NCBI GenBank assembly: GCA_963781885.1
Contig: CAWAHW010000007.1
Span: forward strand, 1 to 64,000
DNA: 64,000 bases
Source of the DNA: an uncultured Spirochaetota bacterium
GTDB taxonomy: Bacteria; Spirochaetota; Spirochaetia; SZUA-6; Fen-1364
Reading direction: 5' to 3'
Below, one piece after another: positions 1 to 9,514 of this stretch (its first letter is position 1; each line of letters opens with the position of its first letter). Made by a program: the position numbers and the translations under genes. The notes under the pieces are model-generated. The model was not told the DNA's origin, did no database searches, and was given only the letters and a program-made list of their open reading frames with translations.

Positions 1-89
1 ACGCCGGCGAGAGCCCATGGGCCGCTCCCTGGCGTCGGCAGCTGCCAACACCAGGGAGATCGAACCGGCCCTCGGGAGATGGAGCGGAG

Positions 90-1109
90 CTAAGACTTTT
101 TTTTCGGCATGTAGAACGTGTACGTGTTCCCATTCTGGTCCTTGAGATCCGGCTTGGCTCCTGCCTTCAGGAGCTCGTCTACGATCATGGGCGTCGCACT
201 CGTGGAACCCGCAGAAATGCTCCCTGCATATACCTTCGCCGCGGACATCAGGGGGCTTATGCCTTCTTTGTCCTGAGCGTTGACGTCTTCGCCGGCCTTC
301 AGAAGCGCAAGGATGATTGAGTTTTCTTCTCCTTCTCCGTATGAAGGATCGGCGGCAATCAAGAGCGCCGTCTGGCCATTTGAATTTTTCAGATTGACTT
401 TCGCGCCCGCCTTGATAAGGACGGGGATGATATCCGCGTTGTGTCCCTTTGCCGCGAACATCAGAAGGGACTGCCCGTTGCGATCCACCACATCGGCTTT
501 CGCGCCTGCCTTCAGCAGCGCGGTGATTATTGCTGCAGATTTCGAGATTGCCGACATCAGCGCAGTTTGCCCTCCTTGGTCCGCAGCGTTGGCATCTGCG
601 CCAGCCGCAAAAAGGACCGGAAGCATTTCGAGGAGCTCGCTGTCGTCCGGGTTGCCCAGCAGGTAGACCAGGACGGAACGCCCATTGTTGTCCTTTGCGT
701 CAACCTTTGCGCCCGCTTTCAGAAGCGCCTGGAAAGCAGCGGGGTTCACGACCGCGTCCATCAGGGCCGTCTTGCCCTCCGTGTCCTTTGCATTGACGTC
801 CGCTCCTGCCTTCACTAAAGCGGATATCATTTCCGCGGTGTTGCCTTGCGCCGCCAACATCAGCGCGCTTTTTCCATTCTGCTGCTCGTCGATCTTCGCG
901 CCGGCTTTCAACAGCACATCCACCACACGGGCGTCCCGGTTGGCCTGAGCGACGGTCGCCAGCGCCCCTTGCCCGACGGTGGCTCCCTTGTCAATGGCCG
1001 CCTGTATCTTCTCTGCCGTTCCGGTGTAAAGAAGCACAAAATCGAGGTCTGCCGCAAAGGCCCTGCTTCCCGCAAAAATAATCAGAAACAACGCAATCTT
1101 GAGCTTCAT
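90..1109 (-). CDS. Secreted ankyrin repeat protein
   Basis: Many G-x-T/S-ALM-x-A...LLKAGA-x-VD/N-x-x-D ankyrin repeats. Start moved to MKLKIALFLIIFAGSRAFA (signal peptide) at 1109, with GGAG upstream. Confidence 0.9.
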   Translation of the reverse strand: MKLKIALFLIIFAGSRAFAADLDFVLLYTGTAEKIQAAIDKGATVGQGALATVAQANRDARVVDVLLKAGAKIDEQQNGKSALMLAAQGNTAEMISALVKAGADVNAKDTEGKTALMDAVVNPAAFQALLKAGAKVDAKDNNGRSVLVYLLGNPDDSELLEMLPVLFAAGADANAADQGGQTALMSAISKSAAIITALLKAGAKADVVDRNGQSLLMFAAKGHNADIIPVLIKAGAKVNLKNSNGQTALLIAADPSYGEGEENSIILALLKAGEDVNAQDKEGISPLMSAAKVYAGSISAGSTSATPMIVDELLKAGAKPDLKDQNGNTYTFYMPKKKS

Positions 1110-1164
1110 ATTCTCCACGCCCGTTGCACCGCCATATGAACGCATTCTCCTCATGATCTCTCTC

Positions 1165-1896
1165 CTACTCAGTGATCTCTGGTTTGCCATCGAAACCGAA
1201 ATCGAGAAGCTCGGTGACTGTTTTCCCATCGGCCGACACAGCTTTCACGAGCGGGCTGATCGGCACGCCGGGGTGAACCCAGGCAGACGCATCCTTGGTT
1301 TTTGCAAGTGCGGTTCCCTGGAAAGTTCCCGCGGGCACGGTGACGTCACCGCCATCTTCCATCGTGGTGTCCGGGGCCACCGTAGGGGTGTTCGAACCCA
1401 TGCTCAAAGCCGCGTTTGCGACCGCGAGGCCAAGCGGATCGTCCATTTTCGTTACCTTGCCGTCCTTGTCCATCATCTTGACCCACTTGTAGTTGATCTT
1501 GGTTTTGTCACCCATCATCGCTTCCTCGTAGCCGGACGCCGCAATCTGACCGACGTTCTTTTCACCCTTGTCGTCGATGGTGCTTGTTTCGATCACCCAC
1601 ACATCCCCGTCGTGGGAGACGAGCAGCATGCGACTGACGAATTTCTGCTTTCCATCGACGATGGACCCCGTGACGATGAATTGTCCGGGCTGCCAGTTCC
1701 TTGATTGCCAGGACGACTGGTCCATTATCGATGTCCCCGCCGGGTGATTTCCCTGTTTTGCCTGGAAGTATTTGTCCAGATTGGCGGGATTGGAAGCTGG
1801 TTCTGCCGGCTTGGGCATCAGAAGGGAGAGGCAGCCCGCCAACGAGAGTGGAACAACGACGACAAAAAGCTTGAAAATCATACCGAACACCTTCAT
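1165..1896 (-). CDS. Hypothetical lipoprotein
   Basis: Start MKVFGMIF at 1896 after an AGGAGGAG RBS. Lipobox LSLAGC and a DVTVPAGTF motif. Confidence 0.75.
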   Translation of the reverse strand: MKVFGMIFKLFVVVVPLSLAGCLSLLMPKPAEPASNPANLDKYFQAKQGNHPAGTSIMDQSSWQSRNWQPGQFIVTGSIVDGKQKFVSRMLLVSHDGDVWVIETSTIDDKGEKNVGQIAASGYEEAMMGDKTKINYKWVKMMDKDGKVTKMDDPLGLAVANAALSMGSNTPTVAPDTTMEDGGDVTVPAGTFQGTALAKTKDASAWVHPGVPISPLVKAVSADGKTVTELLDFGFDGKPEITE

Positions 1897-1948
1897 ATCA
1901 CTCCTCCTTGCCTTGTCGTGAGCTCTGGCTCGCGCCGATGAAAAGACC

Positions 1949-3418
1949 CTATTGCGCATAGTCCACATACGATTTCCCATCGCTGTCCTTCAGTGCCTTG
2001 TTCGCGCCCGATGTCACCAGTAATTTGACGACGTCCGGCCGCTGCATTTCCGCGGCCCATATCAAGGCTGTCTGTCCGCGCGTGTCCTGCGTGTCGAGCT
2101 TTGCGCCAGCCCTGACAAGAAGCCTGACGATCTCGAGTCCGGTTTTCGCATCCTGCCTGCTGGTGTCCGCCTTCGGGCTGTAACCGGCAGGGTGAGGTCC
2201 TTGCGCGGCAATCATCAAAGCCGTGCGGCCGTCCTGGTCAGTGAGATCGATCTTCGTGCCCGCATTCAGAAGCAGCACAACGGCCTGGGAATCAGCGTTC
2301 CAGACCGCCTGCATCAACGCCGTGCGGCCGCGGGCATCCTGGAAATTCACCTTTGCTCCCGAGGCCACCATGAGCGCGATGATGTCGGGAGTCGCATCTG
2401 TCGCGACCGATGAAAGCGCGGATTCGCCGCCGAACTCGAATCGGGCGTCTGCTTTGACCAGCACTGCCATGATGGATTTGAAATCAGGGTTCTGTGTTGC
2501 CAGTCTCAGGGCCGTCACCCCGTCGCTGCCGTTCGCTGGAGCACCTGCCTGCAGCAATGCCGCGACGACAGCGGCCGAGTTGTAATGGGCTGCCGTTGCC
2601 AGAGGGGAAAGCATCCCCGGCGCCGCTGCAAGCCTGGCTCCGGCCTTCGTCAAGACCGCGAAGACTCCGGGGTTCGGATTGAATCGAGCCGCAAGGCCAA
2701 CGGGTGTCACATTCTGGTCATCTCCGTAATGCGCCACTGTGTCGTCCGCTTTCGCCCCGGCTGCAATTGCGGCCTGCACCTGTTCCGGAGTGCCCGTTTG
2801 AACGAGACGGTAGAAATCATCCGCGCCCCTGGTCTGCTTGTCGCCGTCCTGCATGTCTTTGACGATGGCTGCCATGACGTCGTTCCTCTGGGCGAGTGCC
2901 GCGTACATGAGCGCTGTCCCGCCGCGGTCGTCCTTCACGCCGACTTTTGCGCCGGCGTTGTACAGCACCGCTGTGACATCGACGTTCGGGTTGTCCCCCG
3001 CGGCGTACATCAAGGCCGTCTTCCCCGCGGCGTCCTTGTCGTTCACGTCGGCGCCCTTGTCGATCGCCGCTTGTACCTGATCGGGGCTTCCCGTACGAAC
3101 GAGATTCAGGAAATCATCCAGGGGAGCTTTCACCGACGGGGATTGGGCTGCAGCGCTTGCGACAAATGTGATCTTGTCAACCTTCAGGACGCCCATCATC
3201 CAGTGCATGGGCGCAAATCCATCCGAGAGCGGGAACGTCTTGCTTTGCCCAAGAAGCGTGACGGTTATTGTCTTTGCCGTATTGTCGGTCGTCGATGTGA
3301 CGATGACGGGCTGCCCGTTTACGTCCTTGACCTGGTAGGTCTGGGTCTGCTGCGCTGAGGCGCCGAGGGTCGCGATGCAGAAAAGGGTCGCGAAGACAAT
3401 GAATGGATTCGGTCTCAT
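1949..3418 (-). CDS. Secreted ankyrin repeat protein
   Basis: Signal peptide followed by multiple ankyrin repeats (GKTALMYAA, GGTALMYAA, GRTALMQAV, GRTALMIAA, GQTALIWAA). Confidence 0.9.
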   Translation of the reverse strand: MRPNPFIVFATLFCIATLGASAQQTQTYQVKDVNGQPVIVTSTTDNTAKTITVTLLGQSKTFPLSDGFAPMHWMMGVLKVDKITFVASAAAQSPSVKAPLDDFLNLVRTGSPDQVQAAIDKGADVNDKDAAGKTALMYAAGDNPNVDVTAVLYNAGAKVGVKDDRGGTALMYAALAQRNDVMAAIVKDMQDGDKQTRGADDFYRLVQTGTPEQVQAAIAAGAKADDTVAHYGDDQNVTPVGLAARFNPNPGVFAVLTKAGARLAAAPGMLSPLATAAHYNSAAVVAALLQAGAPANGSDGVTALRLATQNPDFKSIMAVLVKADARFEFGGESALSSVATDATPDIIALMVASGAKVNFQDARGRTALMQAVWNADSQAVVLLLNAGTKIDLTDQDGRTALMIAAQGPHPAGYSPKADTSRQDAKTGLEIVRLLVRAGAKLDTQDTRGQTALIWAAEMQRPDVVKLLVTSGANKALKDSDGKSYVDYAQ

Positions 3419-3467
3419 GAAGGCTCTCCTTTCACATGCACGGCACGCGACCCCTTTCGGTGCAGGC

Positions 3468-4397
3468 TCATATGCCCGCCAGCGCGGCCGTGTAGCGCGC
3501 CAGACGCGCCGCCGCCAGATCGGCCGGGATTGCCATCGGGGTCTCTGCCTTCAGCGTCGCCTCCACCTTTGCGATCCGGTCGCGCGGATCGGGGTGCGTC
3601 TTTGCAAAGTCAAGCCCGCCCGGCTTCAGCCGGCTCTGCAGCGCTTTGAGCATCTCGATGAATGCGTGCGGATCGAAGCCGACGCGTGTCAGGATCTGCA
3701 GGGCCATCTGGTCCGCCTGGAACTCCTGGTCGCGGGCATACCCAGAGTTGACCAGCGTGCGGGTGATGTCGTTGATCGAATCCTTGAATACCGCGCTCAG
3801 CTGCTGCACCTGCGCGGAACCCATTACCTGAGCGGCGGCAAAGGCGCCTGTCTGAACGGCTGCCGTCCACCGTGATGCGCTGATCGCCTTCACGCCGTGC
3901 TTCAGCACAACGTGACTGATCTCGTGGGCAAGGATGGCTGCCACGGTGTCCTCGCTCGTGGCGCAGCGCAGAAGGCCGCGGCTCACCATAATCAACCCGC
4001 CGGGAGCCGCAAACGCGTTGATCTCATCGGAGTCCATGATCAGGAAGTGGTAGCCGCCGAAGGTTTCGGGTGCATCGGAATAGAGCGACAAGCTACGCCC
4101 AAGGAGGTTGATGTAATCGGTGGCCGCCTTGTTGTTGTAGACCTTGCGGCTGGCAAGGATGTTGGCCGCCACCGCGCGACCGATGTAGTATTCCTGCTCG
4201 GGCGTGATCTCTTCCGACGCCGTCTGGACAGCTTTGCCCGCCTGGACGACAGCCGCCACCTTCTGTCTGTCCCCGGCGTTCCCCCTCGCGGCGCCCTCCA
4301 CCGTGCCGACAAGCGAACCGAGATTCAGGCTGGCGCAGCCGGCGAGCAGCCCGAAAAATGGAACCGTCCAGAAGAGCCGGTGAGCTTTCCTTGTCAT
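3468..4397 (-). CDS. M48 family zinc metallopeptidase lipoprotein
   Basis: Lipobox LLAGC; INAFAAPGG, AHEISH (HExxH), QEFQAD and THP motifs. Confidence 0.92.
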   Translation of the reverse strand: MTRKAHRLFWTVPFFGLLAGCASLNLGSLVGTVEGAARGNAGDRQKVAAVVQAGKAVQTASEEITPEQEYYIGRAVAANILASRKVYNNKAATDYINLLGRSLSLYSDAPETFGGYHFLIMDSDEINAFAAPGGLIMVSRGLLRCATSEDTVAAILAHEISHVVLKHGVKAISASRWTAAVQTGAFAAAQVMGSAQVQQLSAVFKDSINDITRTLVNSGYARDQEFQADQMALQILTRVGFDPHAFIEMLKALQSRLKPGGLDFAKTHPDPRDRIAKVEATLKAETPMAIPADLAAARLARYTAALAGI

Positions 4398-4999
4398 TGC
4401 GCAGCTCCATCAGCGGGGGTCAGGCCGTCTTCCTTCATGAATGCAGCGACCTCATCCGTGGAGACGACATAATTGGACATGCGATCAACCCACGTGTAAT
4501 CCAGGCTGTTGTCGTTTCGGTATTGCCGTTCGACGCTTTCGTTGAATCCTTTGCCGGCAACGGCGACATCGCCGCTAGAGGCCGATGCCGATACGTTTTC
4601 CGAACCTGCTGTCAGGATGATTTTCTTCTGGGTGAGAGCCGCGACGTTGACCCATCCCGAGAGCTGCTTCTCAGGGATCGTGACCTTAACCCAGTCCCTG
4701 GGGGCGCCATTTTGTTGATCTGCGACGGTGACACGGTCGCCGTAGGAGAGGACTGCCAGTATTTTCGCCAGGTACGTGGGGTTTTCCCTCACCTGGGTCT
4801 GTTTGACAATGACGCTCATTTGCTGTTGGGCGGCTGTGGAAAGCACGGCACCTGCAAGCAGGAAAAGCATGATGAGCGAAACGTTTCCCAGGTGCGCGGC
4901 CTTGACGCAGGTGCGGCCGCCGCTGATATCGCAGGCTTTGCCATTTCTGGCTTGAAAGCCGCCTTTGACCTCCCACCAGCAAAAGAGCCTTGAATTCAT
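4394..4999 (-). CDS. SH3-like domain exported protein (true start uncertain, possibly near 4870)
   Basis: VRENP..LAKILAVLSYGDRV...WVKV....LSGWV bacterial SH3 pattern and a C-terminal VAVAGKGFN..VE motif. ATGA overlap with the M48 gene. Confidence 0.75.
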   Translation of the reverse strand: MNSRLFCWWEVKGGFQARNGKACDISGGRTCVKAAHLGNVSLIMLFLLAGAVLSTAAQQQMSVIVKQTQVRENPTYLAKILAVLSYGDRVTVADQQNGAPRDWVKVTIPEKQLSGWVNVAALTQKKIILTAGSENVSASASSGDVAVAGKGFNESVERQYRNDNSLDYTWVDRMSNYVVSTDEVAAFMKEDGLTPADGAAQ

Positions 5000-5122
5000 G
5001 TATGTGAAAATCGTTGCTCGGGCGGCGATCGGAATCAGTCAAAATGACGTATTTTTCACCGCGAAATTTGTTGACCAATTCCCTCATATATAGGTACTCA
5101 TCTAGCGCATATGCATTAGGAC

Positions 5123-6046
5123 ATGGCAATGGGTGCGGCACATGAAGCAGTCTCTGGCCACGCTTCTCTCGTACAATCCGATCTGAAACAATCACCCAAT
5201 TCCGAAGCTCAGAATCCTGCCATCGAGTACTACGATTTTGTCGCCCATGGAATGCAGCGCTGCGACCAGCGCGAAATGGAGCGTGTCCCATGGCGCAAGA
5301 TTGCAGGCTTTCTGGAGGCCTTGGAGTGCGAGCACAGTATTGAAGGGCTCGCTGCCCGGATCTTTGACGGGCTGCCCCAGCTTTTTGACTTCGACTATGC
5401 CTTCTTTTTTGTCTCTGATGCCCGCGATATCGCGCGGCACGTCCGCTACTTCTCTCAGCGCCAGGCCCAGGAGTCGCTCTTGCAGGAATACCTGGGGCAC
5501 TACTTTGTGCATGATCCTGTTGCCCGGATCATTCCGACATTCAAAATCGGCTACGCCGATTGGACGAAGTACCAGGAGAATGAATGGACAAGAGAGTTCA
5601 TGCCGCGCACAGGTACCACCCATACCATCGGCATCAGCGATCTTGTCGAGACCGGCGGGATGGGAATGGTCCTTATTCTCAATCGGGGCGGAGAGAGCGA
5701 GTCTTCGGAAGAAGATCTGCTGAAGATGGCCGCCCTCTACCCCCACCTTCATAATCTCAGCTCGGCGATCATTTCCCCTGTCGAGCATCGCGCCCGCGAG
5801 CTCGGGCGGTTCTTTCAAGCGGCCGGCCTCACTCCCCGGGAGCGCGAGGTCGCCGTGCTCCTCAGCGAAAGGCTCAGCGTGGGTGAGATCGCGGACAGGC
5901 TATTCATCAGCAAGAAGACGGCCGCCAAGCACCTGGAGCACATCTACCTGAAGCTGGGGCTCCACGGAAAGCGCCACGTCATTGAGGGGCTTGGGCAAGG
6001 CGCGCCCGGCTCCGTGGCGCTGAGCGTCAACGACGTGAGAGCATAG
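5123..6046 (+). CDS. LuxR-family transcriptional regulator (copy 1)
   Basis: C-terminal LTPREREVA...LSVGEIADRLFISKKTAAKHLEHIYLKLG helix-turn-helix with an N-terminal sensor-like domain. Confidence 0.9.
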   Translation: MAMGAAHEAVSGHASLVQSDLKQSPNSEAQNPAIEYYDFVAHGMQRCDQREMERVPWRKIAGFLEALECEHSIEGLAARIFDGLPQLFDFDYAFFFVSDARDIARHVRYFSQRQAQESLLQEYLGHYFVHDPVARIIPTFKIGYADWTKYQENEWTREFMPRTGTTHTIGISDLVETGGMGMVLILNRGGESESSEEDLLKMAALYPHLHNLSSAIISPVEHRARELGRFFQAAGLTPREREVAVLLSERLSVGEIADRLFISKKTAAKHLEHIYLKLGLHGKRHVIEGLGQGAPGSVALSVNDVRA

Positions 6047-6047
6047 T

Positions 6048-6869
6048 ATGCGGGCTATTGACTGCTACGATCTTGCCGCTGAAAGCATGCGGACATATGA
6101 CGGACGCAGAATGAAGCGGGCTCCCTGGCAAAGAATCGCGGCTTTCCTCGAGGCGATCGAGAGTGAACGCACGATGGCGGCTTTTGCGGCAAGAGCGCTC
6201 AGCGCGCTGGACCTGCTTTTCGATTTCGACTATGCCTTCTTCGTCGTCACCGACGCACAGGAAATTCAGAAAGTAAGCTACTTTGGAAATCGACATTTTT
6301 CCGAATCGCTGCTGCGGGATTACTTTTCCCACTATGTGCAGCGCGACCCGGTGCTCCCGTTGCTGCCGCATATCAGGATGGGCCGTGCCGATTGGACAAA
6401 GTACGACAAAGATGGATTCACAACGGACTTCGTTTCCCGGACCGGCAGCACGCATGCATTCGCCCTGAGCAACCTCGTCGAGACTGGCGGACTCGGAGGT
6501 GGGGCACACGAGTACGCGGAAACCGACATGATGACGGCGGCTGCCCCTTATCCGCACCTCCACAATCTCAGCTCGGCAATCCTTTCACCGGAAGAGCATC
6601 ACACGCGTGAGCTTAGGCGATCCTTTGAGGCAGCCGGCCTCACTCCGCGGGAGCAGGAAGTTGCCTTCTTTCTCAGCGAAAGGCTCAGTGTCGGCGAGAT
6701 CGCCGAGAGGCTCTTCATCAGCCGAAAGACTGTTGCCAAGCATCTCGAACACATTTACCTGAAGCTCGGGCTGCACGGAAAGCGCGATGTGTATGAGCAA
6801 CTGCTTGGAGCTCCGCGGGAATGGCGGGGCCTGAGCATCCGAGAGATCAAGGCGCCATATGATGGGTAA
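6048..6869 (+). CDS. LuxR-family transcriptional regulator (copy 2)
   Basis: Paralogue of copy 1 with the same HTH and a short in-frame deletion in the N-terminal domain. Confidence 0.9.
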   Translation: MRAIDCYDLAAESMRTYDGRRMKRAPWQRIAAFLEAIESERTMAAFAARALSALDLLFDFDYAFFVVTDAQEIQKVSYFGNRHFSESLLRDYFSHYVQRDPVLPLLPHIRMGRADWTKYDKDGFTTDFVSRTGSTHAFALSNLVETGGLGGGAHEYAETDMMTAAAPYPHLHNLSSAILSPEEHHTRELRRSFEAAGLTPREQEVAFFLSERLSVGEIAERLFISRKTVAKHLEHIYLKLGLHGKRDVYEQLLGAPREWRGLSIREIKAPYDG

Positions 6870-7716
6870 CGTCGTCGGACGGAACCGAACCGTCATTGAC
6901 TGTTATGACTACGTATCGGCACGTATGCAGAAGTGCGATCAGCGCCAGATGATGTATGTTCCCTGGCAAAGGATTGCAGGCTTTCTCGAGGTGGTTGAAG
7001 CCGAACGCGCAATTGAAGCGTTCGCCGCTCGGGCGCTTGGTGCGCTGGACTTGCTTTTCGACTTTGATCAGGCCTTCTTCATCGTCACCGATGCACGCGA
7101 CGTCAAGAATGTGCGCTATTTTGGACATCGGAATTTTTCTGAATCCATGATTCGAGAATACCTGACATACTACGCCGCTCAGGATACAGTGATCCCGCTG
7201 ATCCCGTCATTCAGGATGGGCAGCGTCGATTGGAAAAGATATGACAAGACATCTGATTTCGTTTTACGAACCGGCGCCAAATTCGGCTTTGCGTTCAGCA
7301 ATCTCGTTCAGACCGGCGGCCTCGGCGTCGTTGTTGTCATCAATCGAAGCGGATCGCGAGACTACTCTGAGATTGAGAAGTTGACCGCCGCCGCGCTCTA
7401 TCCCCATCTCCACAATCTCAGCTCGGCCATCCTGTCACCGGCGGAGCAGCGCACCCACGAGCTCGAGCGGTCATTCGATGCGGCAGGGCTCACGCCAAGG
7501 GAAAGGGAGGTTGGATTCCTTTTGTGCGACAGGCTCAGCGTGGGCGAAATCGCCGACAAGCTTTTCATTAGCAGGAAGACGGCCGCAAAGCATTTGGAGC
7601 ATATCTACCTGAAGATGGGTTTTCGCGGCAGGCGCGATATCTACGAGCAACTGCGTGGAGGGCGATTGAGATCGCCCGGCCTGAGCACTCGAGAAATCAG
7701 GGCCCCTTATGAGTAG
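6859..7716 (+). CDS. LuxR-family transcriptional regulator (copy 3)
   Basis: Paralogue of copies 1 and 2; LTPREREVG...EIADKLFISRKTAAKHLEHIYLK. Confidence 0.9.
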   Translation: MMGNVVGRNRTVIDCYDYVSARMQKCDQRQMMYVPWQRIAGFLEVVEAERAIEAFAARALGALDLLFDFDQAFFIVTDARDVKNVRYFGHRNFSESMIREYLTYYAAQDTVIPLIPSFRMGSVDWKRYDKTSDFVLRTGAKFGFAFSNLVQTGGLGVVVVINRSGSRDYSEIEKLTAAALYPHLHNLSSAILSPAEQRTHELERSFDAAGLTPREREVGFLLCDRLSVGEIADKLFISRKTAAKHLEHIYLKMGFRGRRDIYEQLRGGRLRSPGLSTREIRAPYE

Positions 7717-7914
7717 TGGACTTGCGGCAGCCTGAACCGTCCGTCGCCGCCGCGGTGCCTTCTGAATACTGGGACAGCTCAAACGGGCCGCGACAACCGG
7801 CTTCACTCTCGGGGCCCCACTGCTCCCAAAATACGTGATTCTTCCGTACGCCGCTCGTCCCCACATTGTGTAGGCTTCATGCAGGGTTTCTTTTGCCTCG
7901 AAAGGAGGACGCCC

Positions 7915-8127
7915 GTGGCAGGTCAGATCAACAATCGATCGCACGCGACGCAGAAGCGGGCCCAGGCTCCGTTGGCCCGATCGAAGGCGCGCATGAAGGT
8001 GTATCAGTTCAATTTTCCCGAGGAAGTCATCACCCGTTTCAGGATCTATTGCACCACCAGGGGGCTTTCTCTTGCAGGAGGCGTGAGACTCGTTGTCCTG
8101 GAATTCATGGAAAAGCATGAGCTTTGA
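7915..8127 (+). CDS. Small ribbon-helix-helix-like protein
   Basis: AAGGAGG RBS then GTG at 7915. KVYQFNFPEE..TRFRIYC..RGLSL strand-helix-helix pattern, 70 aa. Confidence 0.6.
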   Translation: MAGQINNRSHATQKRAQAPLARSKARMKVYQFNFPEEVITRFRIYCTTRGLSLAGGVRLVVLEFMEKHEL

Positions 8128-8137
8128 GTCGAGCCTC

Positions 8138-9502
8138 TCAGAGCGGCTTTTTCGTTCGGACGAACTGGCGGCCGTCCCATTTCAGCGACAGCGCGAAATC
8201 CGGCTGCACGTTCCCGAAGTCCGGGTTCATCCACGTGTGAATGCGCGCCGTGATCGTCTCGTCGTCCTCCAGCGTCAGGTCGATCTGCGGCTCTGACGCA
8301 ACTGAAACCTGCCGACCCGGGTTGAAGAAGTCCCGCCAGGTGAGCTTTGGGAGCAGCTCGCGCTGTTCCATTATTCCCTGCCGGGCATGGCACACCCAAA
8401 GGCTGAGATCGACAACCTCGCCGTTGACTTGCTGGAGCGCAACCAGCGGCTCCCCGCCCACGGAGCCCAGCACCATGACCTCTGCATCTTCGGTCAGGAT
8501 CGGGTTTGCGTCTTCCAGGGGGGTGAGCCTCACCTCCTCCGGCCTGTTCAGCGAGATCCTGGCCGCATCCGATTTCCCCGTTTCCCGCAGTTCCCGGCGG
8601 TCCCCCCGCGACAGCGGGTTCGACAGCGTATCAAAGGCCCAGGCGGGGAAACGCGCGAGGTAATCGACCGCCGCGGCCGCGTTCGACGGGGGATCCGCAC
8701 CGTCACGCATGACGATGCCCGCGTCTGCGAATCGCGCCGTCGCCTGGTCCCACGGCAGGGCCAGTGCGTACTCAGCAAGCCGATCATTCAGGGCATCCAG
8801 GACGGCCGCTTCCTCCTGGTCGGTTTCAGTTGACGAGAGAGAGGGAAGAAGGCGCGCCGTCGTGCCGAACTGGGGCAGGTCCATGACCCACCGCACGCGA
8901 TCGCTGAACTCCGATGCGGGCTCTTTGAGCTTCGAGGCGTCGAACCGGACAAGGGACGTAAAGTCGCCGATGGAATGCGGGGGCAGGAGCTCGTCCTCCG
9001 TCATGCTCCTCCACGTGGGGCCGTGCAGGTCATAGAATTGAAACGAATCGTCGATCTCTTCCATCTCTTCATGATGGAATGTCAGTGCCGGTATGCGACT
9101 TCCGTCCTTGCGGTCGAAGTAGACGAAGGTGAGCGATACCGGGTAGTCGCGCCCGACCCAGTTCACCGCGTCGATATGGATATAGGCATTTGCCCGGTCG
9201 ATCACGACGGTCTTCACGTCGATGCCGTTCGGTTTCTTCCCGGGCCGCAGAAGGTCTTTCCTGAACCCGAAATCCTTGGAGACCGGATCCGTGGGATCGG
9301 GCGCATTCACGCCGATGAATCCACGCGAATCTCCGTCCGTAAATCGCAGGAACCTGATCTCCGGGCAGAGGAGAAAATAGTCCACGACATCCTTCTTTGC
9401 CTTCGCGGCAACGGTGTCGTAGGGACGGGTGTCTTCGTTCTGCGCGGAGACAGCCCCCGCAACGCACAAAGCGAGCAGGCAGAGGACGATTGTTTTCGTC
9501 AT
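8138..9502 (-). CDS. Exported hypothetical protein
   Basis: 454-aa ORF with signal peptide MTKTIVLCLLALCVAGAVSA and a GGAG RBS. Confidence 0.75.
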   Translation of the reverse strand: MTKTIVLCLLALCVAGAVSAQNEDTRPYDTVAAKAKKDVVDYFLLCPEIRFLRFTDGDSRGFIGVNAPDPTDPVSKDFGFRKDLLRPGKKPNGIDVKTVVIDRANAYIHIDAVNWVGRDYPVSLTFVYFDRKDGSRIPALTFHHEEMEEIDDSFQFYDLHGPTWRSMTEDELLPPHSIGDFTSLVRFDASKLKEPASEFSDRVRWVMDLPQFGTTARLLPSLSSTETDQEEAAVLDALNDRLAEYALALPWDQATARFADAGIVMRDGADPPSNAAAAVDYLARFPAWAFDTLSNPLSRGDRRELRETGKSDAARISLNRPEEVRLTPLEDANPILTEDAEVMVLGSVGGEPLVALQQVNGEVVDLSLWVCHARQGIMEQRELLPKLTWRDFFNPGRQVSVASEPQIDLTLEDDETITARIHTWMNPDFGNVQPDFALSLKWDGRQFVRTKKPL

Positions 9503-9514
9503 CGGAGCGCCGCG

